The position numbers were made by a program, and so were the translations under genes. From contig JARFYF010000036.1 of assembly GCA_030265395.1 (NCBI GenBank), positions 15,597,299 to 15,661,298 on the forward strand: a stretch of 64,000 bases of DNA, written 5' to 3'. The notes beneath the pieces are model-generated. The model had not been told where the DNA came from, did not search any database, and saw only the letters and a program-made list of their open reading frames with translations. Positions 1 through 11,949 of the stretch are shown piece after piece. The DNA is from Rhina ancylostomus. Lineage: Eukaryota. Position 1 is the first letter of the stretch. Each line of letters starts with the position of its first letter.

Positions 1-56
1 AGCAGGCTCGACAGGCCAAATGACCTTGTCCTGCTCCTATTTCTTATGTTCTTATG
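1..56 (+). mobile_element. CR1-type LINE/SINE 3' tail
   Basis: caggctcga..ggccaaatg..cctgctcctatttcttatgttcttatg, same tail as at 46540-46600. Confidence 0.7.
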
Positions 57-3000
57 CATTAGGAATGCACAGAATAATGCCATTTCCTGTAAAACACTCT
101 TTCTTGGAGGATTGCAGGGCAACTTTAAACACATTATCCTGGAAAAGTCCATCATTGGGCACGTTTGGGACAATTGGGTTTTAATACTGCAGTGCTGGAC
201 TAGGATGGCTTTCAGAAAGTTAATCCTTTTTGCCCATCCCTCCCCATACTGCATTAAGACCTTTCCCTCATCACCCATCCCATTCTACAATAGTTCTGCT
301 CTCTAATCCAACCCCTAGCCCTACAATCACTAAGACTCCAAATTTCCGCAAATCCTGTACTGATCCAATCTCTAATTTTTTCTGTCTTACCCCACATTGA
401 TTCTGCTGGCCCAGGTCTATCTCCCTATCAAGCCCTCCCAAACCCCTTCCAAAAATGCTGTGCTCTGATGCTCCCTCCAAAACCCTAATCACAGAATAAA
501 CCAAATTGGGCTTGTGGCTGACAATTCCCCAAAGCCAGCCTCAGAAAAATGGATGAGCGGCAAAATATTCGTGCTGGAAGTGTGCAAAGCCTTGGGCACA
601 ACTGAGGTTTTCAGCAGAGGGACAACTGAAATGTTTGTTTGTTCCCCAGGGCTGTGACAACCTGTTGCTCAGTTAGAAAATTATTCTATTTTCTTACAAA
701 TATCTCAGTTATTAACAGAGATGTTGAACTGAAGTTCAGTTCTTAAGATAAATATCTCTGTGCATTATGCACCTGATTATATTTGTATATGTTTGCTTTA
801 AACAAATTGTCTTCAGTATATACGTGCAGCAAACAGGAAAAACTCTTAACAGGAACTGCCTATGGTATATTTAGACAAAGTTAATGGCCCACAGTGGGTA
901 CTGAAAAGCAAATGTTATTTTACAGCTTAACCTCTATCATTTCAGTGATAACTGATTATGCCCATTTATTATGTGTTCCTTTCTCAACACTAAAAGCCAA
1001 CCACACAATACAACTTGCAAGTTCACATGTGGGAACATGTTATAACATTGTTTGTTTTTAATTTGAGCCCCTGCTGCTGTCTGTCATTAGGAGGCGTGTT
1101 CCACTAACATTGACTGAGTTGGGTGTCTAAGTTCAAACGACACGCCCATTTCCTGCATATTATAGCTGTAACAGGAAGCAGCTATTATTGAACTTGCCAA
1201 TTTGGTAGTGCTGTCATTGAGCAAGCCGGGGAAAGACGTGCAACTGTAATTTGCCAAACACGTAGTAGCTTTTATTGTTTTGGGGTTAGAACCAGTTAGT
1301 TCTTCATTGACTGTTTGGCCATACATTAACAATAAAATCTGATGTTTTAAAAAGGCACTTCATTTCATTTTTTTGCGTGGGAAAAAGTATAGTACAAGTT
1401 TAAGTACTTTAGCTTTGTGAAATCTCCGTGTAATAACTTAAGTGGTAAAAGTCTAGCAGGTGGTGACAAATGAGCTTCATTTATAATAACCCAGACCAAC
1501 AGGTCGACTCTGAGGAATTTGATTTTTCGGTACTTTTCGACAATAGCCACGATGAGGACTTCACCACAAAAGGTTTGTAAGCAACATTTATCTTGTGTCA
1601 TAGAAATAAAAACATTATCTTTAAAGAATTATATTTTGCTGTTTCAATGTCTGACATAAGGGGAGAGCAGCAATAAAATTCTCATGTATCTGTCCTATTT
1701 GTTTGAGAAGAGTCTTTGCAAAATCATTTGTCATCTTACAAAACATGTGCAACAATCCATACTTGTTCTCACAGAAAGCAACAATGGGGCCAGATACTGA
1801 TGAGAATTTTTTTAGTCTATTTAGCACTAAATGTCAGTTTTGGTTAGCATCCTATTGATCTAAAAGTAGAACAGTAATCACAAGTTTTTAATTTTATCTA
1901 CCAGTTCCTCTTATTGTAGCTGAATGCCTTAAAGAGTAAAAATGGTGTTTGAATGAGGATATGGGGCAGTGCCTCACAATGTACTATGGCAGGCTCATTT
2001 TGTCACTTTTGAAGCAATAATCCCTTCAGGGTTTGCTGTCTTTTGTGCAGTTCCTCACTGATGGTTACATGCTGTACAGCTTGAGGAGATTGGTTGCCTC
2101 GTGGTTAGCAACATTGGTCTTCATTTTTGGGAGCAGATCTGTTAAAGTCCTACATTTGCATTGAGCATGCAGTATTGTCTCTTATTTTATCAGCTGCCTA
2201 CTGGAGTAAGGTCCAAGTGAATGCAAATATGAAAATTTAATTTCATACATTTAACAGTTTTAGTTTTGGAGAGCCATTTGTTGAATGGAATGATTCAGAT
2301 TTGAATAAAATTAGATTCATGTTACATACAGTTTCTTATTAATTATTTACAGACCAGGGGAAAATTTTACATGAAGGTTATTTGCTCCCCTCAGGAGACT
2401 AAATTGTGACTCACCGGACATAATAAACTGCATATCCATTTTCTGATCTGTAATTTATATTCTCTGCATTAAGTAGTCTTAAAGATAGATAGTGGTGTGT
2501 GCTTCACCATAATTGCTTTTTCATGTTAACAGAATAGTTCTCTGTAGTAGATCTCTGCCAAATTTAAGAATACATCACAAAGCAAGAGGATAATTACTGT
2601 GATGTGACTGAAAAATAATTATTTAGTAATGAAGTCTAAACTAAATGTCAATGCATGCCATTTGTAATAGAGGATTGATAACTGAGATCCTGCATTTACT
2701 TTAAAGAAAGGATTTCTATTCAAAAATGGTTTCTGTCTATGTTGTCTATTAAAACCAGATTTCCTGTTTGGATAGTACTCTGTTAATTTTACTGTAACAC
2801 GTTTTTTACTTGTAGCTAAATTTGATAACTATTCAACAAAAGAACTAATACTAATGATCATGACCAAAGTATTAGCCATAACACTGATGGAAATGATAGT
2901 AATCTCCAGGAAAGCAAACTTATTCTCATTTGGTCTTGTGGTATCACCCTAACAAAGACGGTCAGTTGTCACACTTTGTAATTAGGAAAGATATTTTGCT

Positions 3001-4199
3001 CCTTCCCTCCAATATTTAACAATCTTGAATGTACTTGCTGAAATATTTACCTTGAATGCTATCCAAAACACTCCCTGAGGGATGATTCTTAATGTGCGAT
3101 CCTGTCAATGAGCACTGACAGGATATTTTTGACTATAGAACCATCATGATCCAATCCTCTCTGCTGATAGTTCCAAAAGCACAATGAGGCCAATACAGCA
3201 TTCAATCTACCTGAGGTAACTTAATCCGGACAAAGGTTTGAAACTCAAATCTTCCTTATTTCTTCAGCCCATTTTCACAGTTATTTCCATCAGATATCTG
3301 GACACTGTGCCAGCGGTTCTAGTGCACACACATACGGGACTTGGACCCGATATGATTGTGATTGGAGCGGCAATTGAACAGGTCAACTGGGGCTTGAGTT
3401 AGTGGGTGTGATGTGAAAGGATGAGGACCTTTGAGATGGGCAATTGAGTTAGCGGCCATGCGAGAAAAAGAGATCAGGGTCTGCAGGAAAAATTTGGGAG
3501 NNNNNNNNNNNNNNNNNNNNNNNNNNNNNNNNNNNNNNNNNNNNNNNNNNNNNNNNNNNNNNNNNNNNNNNNNNNNNNNNNNNNNNNNNNNNNNNNNNNN
3601 NNNNNNNNNNNNNNNNNNNNNNNNNNNNTGTTGGTGAAGATCAAAAAGAAAGAAGGTAATGGGCTTTGGAATAAACCTACAGAAGATTCAATCCAGCACT
3701 GCCCTATGAAGTTAAACTTGTTCATGCAGTGTCGGCAACTGTTATTCTGAAGGTAACTTAGCTTCAGTTACTCCACAGTGCCCCAGAAGGAATGTTAAAT
3801 GGGGAATGACATAATTCAACAAGGAAATTGTGTCAGGCATTCCAGGTTAACTAGTGTTCTGAAATACCCAGTTGAATTTCCAGAGTGATGAAACACAACA
3901 TAGAAATGGATAATTTCCTGTTTCACTCTAGGTAAACTAGATCTTCAGAAAACAAGAGCATTTAGTGATGATTCTTTCCTTTAAGTAGCTGAGCTAAGCT
4001 AACTTCTCCAGCCAGGTGAACTGAGGTTGCTTTGCACAATAACAGACGAATAGACCTTAACATGTTTAGCTTCTTTAACTCAGGATTTGCTATGGGTTCT
4101 TTGATTCCTTTGCTAAAAAAGAGACTTTAAGGAGACAACATGAGTCTTCATTGGGGTTTGAACAGTACAGGAAAACTTAAAGATCCAAAAAGATCCATA

Positions 4200-4970
4200 G
4201 TATGCACATACACATGGTGCAAGCTGTAAAAGATGCTATCTTGGCAATGGCTTTGGCACACTAGCACTTAACAGCTACCAGAAGAATATAGAGGAGGCAG
4301 ATAATGATGTTGATAAGTGTGTGACACTGGCACTCTCTAAATAAGCCAGCTGACTACATTTCATTCTCTCATAATGGATACCATCCGATGGGGAGAGCTC
4401 ATGGACTTACAAGGATTGCAGGGATCCATGATGCCATTGAGAGTACCCACATATTTGGTGCAATTACCACATGTCACTCTGCCCCACTCTGCAACTGAAT
4501 GGGTTTCTATTCCCTCAAGGTGCAGCTGATCTGTGACCATAGGCAATGAGTCATGCCCCATAACCTGACTGTTTTTATGATGATTTCCTTCAGCGGGATT
4601 GCAATTTGTCAGCTGCATTTCAGCACCGTGACAAAATAAAGGGGGTTACTGATTAGCAGGAGTTGGCTGATGAGTCCAGTGTGCTGCTTTTGTACTTGGA
4701 TAAAAAGCACAGAGAAAAGCTATGCTACCGTGTACTGTAAGATAAAGTGGACAAATGTGAAGCTGAAGGAATGTTTCTAACACCTGGACTGAACAAAAGG
4801 AGGTCTCCAGTCTTCTAGGGAGCAAGTGCCAATCTTCATGGTGGTCTGCCGCCTACAGCACCACTCTCTGTCATGATCCTTTGACATCAATAAAACAGTA
4901 GGCAGCTGAAGTATGGGATCCGCTGCAGGAGAGGAAGGATCTGGAGGAAGAGAAGAGGAAGTGGCAACCA
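4200..4970 (+). mobile_element. Decayed PIF/Harbinger (HARBI1-like) DDE transposase
   Basis: Broken frames read VDKCVTLAL..DYISF, RIAGIHDAIESTHI, GFYSLKVQLICDHRQ, WLMSP, LD*TKGGLQSSREQVPIFMVVCRLQH, then an acidic E-rich tail, in HARBI1-family motif order. Confidence 0.8.
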
Positions 4971-6042
4971 AGTCATTTCCTTTAGCTCAGTCTGTCAATG
5001 TATAACTCATCCATAAAATTCCAATGATCACAATCCCAGTTCCTCATTCAGTAACTCACTCCCATACTTTCATATGACTGCAGAGCAGCAACTGATTGTT
5101 CTATGCTTGGGTGTTGAAATCAGAACATTTTATCTCAGGGTTTATGTATCACATGATATTGCCTTCATGTCTATTGATTGCACATTGGGCTGTTATGCCA
5201 TTCATAATCTCTTCCTGTCTGCACAGTCACAGAATGGTCTGTACATCAGCTGTCTGCATCTTCAGCAACTAGAATGGATGTGATTTTAAAGGTGACAATC
5301 TAAGTTGGAGGTCAACATTAGAGGCCTATGTGTCCGGCCTTTAACAAAGTTCCTACTTATGACCTCCTGTGAGTTCCATCCAGCTCTGCAAGCTCATCTG
5401 GGTGGAGGTTGTAAGCTGGGGTTTGTAAATCCAGATGGGCTTGCGTGGCTTCAGACTCTGATAGAATGTTGGCAAGGACCTGATGAATGGCGGGTGTTTA
5501 TTTTCCTCAGTTCACTGGATATTAGGATTGGGGTCTCACAGTGTATGGTGGAGGAGTGGGGGGGGGGGCCAGAAGAGANNNNNNNNNNNNNNNNNNNNNN
5601 NNNNNNNNNNNNNNNNNNNNNNNNNNNNNNNNNNNNNNNNNNNNNNNNNNNNNNNNNNNNNNNNNNNNNNNNNNNNNNNNNNNNNNNNNNNNNNNNNNNN
5701 NNNNNNNNNNNNNNNNNNNNNNNNNNNNNNNNNNNNNNNNNNNNNNNNNNNNNNNNNNNNNNNNNNNNNNNNNNNNNNNNNNNNNNNNNNNNNNNNNNNN
5801 NNNNNNNNNNNNNNNNNNNNNNNNNNNNNNNNNNNNNNNNNNNNNNNNNNNNNNNNNNNNNNNNNNNNNNNNNNNNNNNNNNNNNNNNNNNNNNNNNNNN
5901 NNNNNNNNNNNNNNNNNNNNNNNNNNNNNNNNNNNNNNNNNNNNNNNNNNNNNNNNNNNNNNNNNNNNNNNNNNNNNNNNNNNNNNNNNNNNNNNNNNNN
6001 NNNNNNNNNNNNNNNNNNNNNNNNNNNNNNNNNNNNNNNNNN

Positions 6043-6105
6043 GGAAACCCACGCACACGTGGGAGAATGTACAAACTCCTTACAGGCAGTGGCGGGAATA
6101 GGCAA
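6043..6105 (-). mobile_element. V-SINE/HE1-like SINE fragment at gap edge
   Basis: ggaaacccacgca..gggagaatgtacaaactcc is the reverse of the V-domain core. Confidence 0.65.
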
Positions 6106-6119
6106 TTTTTATTTTTAAA

Positions 6120-7215
6120 CAGTGATTCCTAGTTCTAGACTCTCCCACAGAAGGAAACATCCTCTTCATGTCCACTCTGTCAAGACCCCTCAGGATCTTC
6201 AATGTTTTGATCAAGTCTCCACTCAAGAGTTCTAAACTTCTCAACTTAAGTGAGAACATGTCCAGTCCACCCAACATTTATTCAGCACAACCAATACATT
6301 CCAAGCATTAGTCTGGTAAATTGTCTCTGAACTACTTACAACATGTTAACATCTTCCCTTTAATAAGAAGACCAGTGCTGTACATAATACTCCAGATGTG
6401 GCCTTACCAACACCCTGTGTAACTGAAGCATATCCTCCCCACTTCTGTATTCAATTCCCCTCACAACAAACAATAATGTTCTGTTAGTTTTCCTAATTAC
6501 TTGCTGCACATGATCAGCCTTTTGTGAATCATGCCCTTGGTCATGCTAGGGTTAGGATTAAGCTAGAGAGGGTACAGAAAAGTTGCCTGGACTGGGGGGC
6601 TTGAGTTAAAAGGAGAGACTGAATAGGTTGGGACTGTTTTCTCTGTTGAGGGGTGACCTTTAAGTGGTTTTTAAAATCATGAGAGGCATAGATCGGGTAG
6701 ATAGTTGCAGTCATTTTCCCAGGATAGGGGAGTCTAAAACTAAAGGGCATAGGCTCAAGGTGAGAGGAGAAAGATTTAAAAGGGATCTGAGGTGCAACTT
6801 TTTCACCCTGTGGTTGTTGGGTCTATGGAACAAGCTGCCAGAGGAAGTGGTAGATGCGTGTGTACAATTACAGCATTTAAAAAATATTTGGACAGATATA
6901 TGGATAGGAAAGGTTTTGAGGGATAACTGTGAAAGACAGGCAAAGGGGACTAACTTAGGTAGACATCTTGGTTGGTGTAGATGAGTTGGGCCAAAGGGCC
7001 TCTTTCTGTGCTTTAGTACTCTATGATACCAGGACCCTGAATCTCAGATCTTCGCAATCTCTTGCCATTTTGATAATATGATTATTTTTAATTTTGCCTA
7101 CCAAAATGGTCCATTTCATATTTTCCTACATTATAATTAAGTTGACCACTCACATAACCTATATATAGCTCTTGGTAGCCTATTTTTTTCACAAATTACT
7201 TTCCTACCCTGCTTG
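6120..7215 (-). mobile_element. CR1 LINE 3' fragment (minus) split by a plus-strand CR1
   Basis: Minus ORF GDLIKTLKILRGLDRVDMKRMFPSVGESRTRNH; the copy breaks near 6540 and resumes near 7028. Confidence 0.8.
6545..7027 (+). mobile_element. CR1 LINE 3' end
   Basis: VFKIMRGIDRVD..FPRIGESKTKGHRLKVRGERFKRDLR..WNKLPEEVV, ending in tactctatga tail. Confidence 0.9.
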
Positions 7216-8079
7216 GTATCCCAGTGTCATATTTTGTTGGAAATTTCATTAACTAATGTTTTCAAGATGAAAAAGAAACAATCACAATTGATTTTTGGAG
7301 ATCTAGTTTGAGCTTCTAACTCTGTGGATATTATTCTAGTATCTCCAAGTTCTTGTTCAGGATGGACTCAATGTGTTTGCGGTAGCTACTTTTGTAGGTC
7401 AAATGAATCAATCTGCATATCCAAATTTGTGTGACTCTGTTGGTGATATATTGTATGTGTAGGCATTGATAAATGCATATATGAGTACTTGAGCCGGTTG
7501 ATAATCCCTGCAAGTCTTTTATGATGCAGAGGTTTTTTCAAATCTGGTAGTCCATTGTTGAGCTAGTTGCCTGCTGACTTTGTCACTCCTGTGGATGTGT
7601 AACCACCTAGTGCTCTCCATCATCTATATTAGCTGCAGTGTTTGGAAAAGGGGTTGGTCCTTGCATATTTGAGATCCAAGCTCTATCCTAGGTTGATGAT
7701 ATCCCTGCAAAGGTTGCACCAATCATGTGCTTCTTCTGGAAGGCAGCATCAACATAAATTGTGAGTGAGGAGACCTGGTTGCAGTGACTGTGGTTAGGTT
7801 GAATAGCTTGTTCTTTGGGGATACCTGTCTGAATAAAAGGTTTGATTCAGCAATTATGCCACTTCTGACCTTCCCTCAATGAAGGGCCACCACGACATTT
7901 GTGTGGGTCTTCCAGCAGTGCTATGATTGTGAAGGTACATTGAAACTTATGGGTGTTAGGTTTAGCTTGTGAATGATAAAGATGATTGGCAGATGAATGA
8001 TAAGGATGTCATGCATTGAGCAGGTCCTAAGAGTACTGTTGCGGTTGCTGGGATGCAGCAGCTAAAAGTACATTCACAG

Positions 8080-8310
8080 ACCTTGACCACAACTGTGAGG
8101 TCATTGAACCCTCAGCAACAATGCACTTAAATCCTTAGATCTGACTTCTGGCTTTGACTTCTAGGGCTATCTGCTTCCAATGCCATGTGAACCTATACTT
8201 GTAGGACTTTTTGGCCACCTCTAGGTAAGGACATCTCCTCTGCCAGGATCTCCAGTCTGAGGCTGTTGAGAATTCACTGTCCCAAGCTGTACCATTCTCT
8301 CCATTTTTCC
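8080..8310 (-). mobile_element. Decayed Myb/SANT-like DNA-binding gene of a Harbinger transposon
   Basis: Frameshifted FSTAS/LEILAEEM...WKQIALEVKARS...CC*GFNDLTVVVK matches the FS..LE.L.EEV / W..IA..V.A / QC.KKFNDL pattern. Confidence 0.65.
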
Positions 8311-8359
8311 TGGTCAGCTTCAGCATCACTGGGTCCAGCCTCAGTACCCACATAAGAGG

Positions 8360-8722
8360 AGCAAAACACTGCAGATGTTGTAAATCCAAAACAAAAATCA
8401 AAAATGTGGAAAGAACTCAGTAGGTCAGGCAGAATCTGTGGGGTGAGTCAACATTTCAGGTCAATCACACTTCATCAGACTGGAAAATTGAAGAGACAAC
8501 TGTGTAACAAGTTGCAGAAAGAGGAAGGGGTGGACAATTCCGGCCTGTATCCTTTCACAGACGTTCATTCTGTTCTCTCTACCCCTTCCCCTTTCTGCAG
8601 CTGTACAAACACTTGTTCTCTCACTTTTCCAGTTCTGATGAAGAGAGATTGACATGAAATGATGACTATTTCTTGCTCTATGGATGTTGCCTGTTCAATT
8701 TTTCCAATATTTTTGTTTCTCG
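8360..8722. repeat. Palindromic Penelope-terminus-like element, copy A
   Basis: Arms ctggaaaattgaagagacaac..gcagaaagaggaagggg and ccccttcccctttctgcag..ttctctcacttttccag; CTGATGA..GAAA cores at 8454-8478 (-) and 8635-8659 (+). Confidence 0.8.
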
Positions 8723-9506
8723 TCGCCCTTTAAAGAAGTGCGGGCCAGTTTTAACAGCAACTTCTGAAGCATGTAGCCAATAACACTGTATCTGGATAGC
8801 ATAAACAAGGAAGTGAGCAGTGAGAAATATCTGTATGTTACTGAATGGATAATGGTGAATTATGCATCACATTCCACAGCCATTTACAGGAGAGCTATTG
8901 AATATAACCACCTGCCCCCATTCAACCTTGCCAACTAAACTATTCTGTACATCAGCAAATGTAATACATTGAAACAATGGAGATTATTCATACAGAATAT
9001 TATAAATGGGAGGGTGAAATGCACAAAGATAGCATCAGATTTTTTTTCATTCTGTTGATTGTATTCTGTCTATTTTAATATTTTTGCTATAAAATTTCTT
9101 ATACTTGAGAGGCTCTGGCAGAACTAAAGGTTGCTATATTGAATGTTGAAATAGACAAAATGGCATTGTGTCACTAAATTTAGTCAGGTTAATCTGGTGT
9201 CTGATCCACTGTAGATCAAAAAAAGTCTTTTGTATCTTGTTTCCCTACTAAATTTCTTTTTAGCCCCATTTATAATTTTAATCTGAACTAGTGCCGAGTC
9301 AGAGATTTTATTATCAGCTTATTTTTACTGTAGGCTTGAGGAGATCCCTGCCCCTATTTTCTTATGTTGTTCTTGAAGTAACTAGCTCAGGCTTGAGAAC
9401 ATCAGGATGTTATTTGAAAGGTAGCAAAATATGGTTACCACCATCTGGTAGCCAATTCCAATGTCATAAGCTTGCCTAATAATAACCTGTTGTTTCTTTC
9501 TTTCAG

Positions 9507-10533
9507 AGGCAGAAAATGTTGCTGCTTCTCACAAGGGCATTGTTCCTCCTTCTGGGATCAGTTTCCCAACTATGGATGTCTCCCAGTATGGATCTCAATC
9601 ATGTAGCTCAATGGCATCTGCAATGTTAGCTGGAGAACACATGAGTGAATATGGCCAAGTGGACAACAGAGAGTTCAAATACTACCTGGAAGCTGCAAAG
9701 CCAAATGTATCATCTAGTGTAGAAAGCCCAAGAATTGAGATCACACCATCACCTGGACTGTTTCATGTAGCTCCACATGTAGCTAGCTGTGGCGAACAAA
9801 CATATCATTCTCCCACAGCAGTTCCTAGAGTTACTTTACCTGTGCCAGGTTCTGAAAACATTGTATACAGGGACCCAAACAGTCCAGCTAGTAGTGCCTC
9901 ATCAACAAGTTGGCAATCAGTTGTGTCTCATGAGTCGAGTTCCCATTATGGCATTTCACCTCAGACCTCACCAATAACATCTCCGTGTGTCTCACCAAAA
10001 AATGGCTCAGAAGAATATCAAGGTCAGGGTGTTCACCATTCTCCAAGAACATCCCCTGTCAACTCACCCTCAACTCACAGTGAAAACTGGCAGAATACAA
10101 GGTCACCATCCCCAACACCCCGACCTTCCTCAAGGTCATCATCACCTTGTGGAAAGAGAAGATATTCCTGTGACCGCTCCAGAACTCCTTCTCCACAGGC
10201 TTCACCAAGAGTCATTGCAAGAGATGAACCCGGTTTGCACCAATTTTCAAATTCTGCAAGTCTTGCAGATGCAATGAGCACACTCACCACTGATTCCAAC
10301 AATGACCTGGGTGAAATGCTTCCTGTAAAGGCTCGTATCATGGATCTTACTCCGCCATCCTCCCTTAAAACTGACATGTGTAAAGGAGAAAAACTTACCA
10401 GCCTTACCACGCTGAATTATGCTGAGTTTTCAGGGCCCTGTCAGGATTTGAAGAAAGATGTTTATGGTGTTGACCCGCTTTTTCTGATGCCTCCTCATCC
10501 TTTCCAGTGGACAAAACCCAAACCTACATGCAC
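9507..10533 (+). CDS. NFATC2: NFATC2 large regulatory-domain exon (exon 2 equivalent)
   Basis: Acceptor tttctttctttcag|AG at 9506/9507 and donor AC|gtgagt at 10533/10534. Open frame contains PRIEIT calcineurin-docking motif (9728-9745), serine-rich SPASSASSTS, SPxxSPxxSP repeats and KRRYS NLS (10154-10168). YLEAAKP resembles NFATC2 FLSAAKP. Confidence 0.93.
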
Positions 10534-11949
10534 GTGAGTATTGTTTCATTTTCCATTCTGACATCAAAATCAAATAAAAAGGAATATTTCACTTTAATTG
10601 GCTTCAATTAAAGCCCCAACAACTGTGGAAGAATTTTATTGATCCTTCATTGGAATCTTATCACAATGTCTCTTCTACCAACGTACTGATTCAGTTCATA
10701 AATCCATTAAAAATTAGAATATGCATTGATAACAATGCCAGTATCCCAACAAATTGAAGAGAAAGGCTCAGAGTTTAAACATGGAGTTGTGTAGGGAAAT
10801 TGACATTCAATTATTTGCTGGCATATGCAGTTAAAGTAATGAAATTAAAGACTTACTAAACCAGATATTAGTTTTAGTTTCCTAATTTAAGCCAGTAATA
10901 GATAATAAAAGTACTTCTTGGCTTGCTGTAACCAACTGGTCTCCTCAAGTTCTTTACATTGGTGGCAAATTGATCAAATTGGACACTGTGACACATCATC
11001 CTTTGGTAACCAAGTCATGGCATCAAGTCAGTGGGTAATAATGCAAAGATCACGGAATCATAGAGTCATAGAACAGTACAGCACAATACAGAGCCTTCAG
11101 CCCATAATGTTGGCCGTGTGAAGTTCATTGTGCTAACCTTAAAAATCCCTGCCTGGATTTGGTGGCAAGAGTACTAATCCACAGTAATTGTTACAGGTTA
11201 TATTTTTTTTATTATTCGGATTGCAGATGGTAAAATGTTAAAATTATGCTAATTTTACCAAACAATTTCAAGCAGGTAAAACTGCTCTATTTAACTGGAG
11301 TGATGGTAGAAATGACAGAAATTGTTATTGGAATACCATCTCACAAATAAGGATCACTCATTGCAATTCCAGATTCTGATAAGATTGTGACTTGTACAGT
11401 AGTTAGATATGGAACAGAGAGGTGGAAGCCAATGAATTTAAGCTTGTTCTTTATTATAATTACCAAAAGGTTGGCAATAAGTTAGGCACAATGAAACTCT
11501 AGTTCAAGGATTTAGTTTTCCAAAGGTGCTTTGATTGCATGTTTCACTGAATTTTACAGAATTTAACAGCTTAAAAAATATTTGAATCGTGTTAAGGTTG
11601 TTTAGTTTATAGATTTAAATATATGCCTTTTTGGGAGTTGTTATGTTTTAGTTTTCTTAAATGTTGTATTTAAAATCTAAGGATTCTCTTTGAAGGAGGA
11701 TGAAATAGCATACAGTGACATCAGTTATTTCCAAAATATTCCACCCATGCAACACTTCGTTCAGCAGTATCTTCTTTCACAATATAAATGCAGATTTCCA
11801 GTAAAAATACACAACCTGTTCATTTTTCATGTCTCGTGTATTTTAATTGATATTGTCCCTTGATTCCTCACAGTTATGACTCATCCTAGGTATCCATGCA
11901 GATGTATTAAAGTGCTGCAATGTTTGGCATTTTGGGCACAATATTTGTC

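Noticed and set aside
5305-6132. Long ORFs crossing N runs (also at 15908, 31449, 36979, 48120, 60278)
   Set aside because: Artefacts of N gaps containing no stop codons.
10075-10410. Antisense and alternate-frame ORFs over exon 2
   Set aside because: Expected shadows of a Ser/Pro-rich coding exon; no recognisable motifs.
9572-10537. 321-aa ORF as a standalone single-exon gene
   Set aside because: It is an internal exon: the frame is open upstream to a splice acceptor at 9506 and the stop lies within the donor site.
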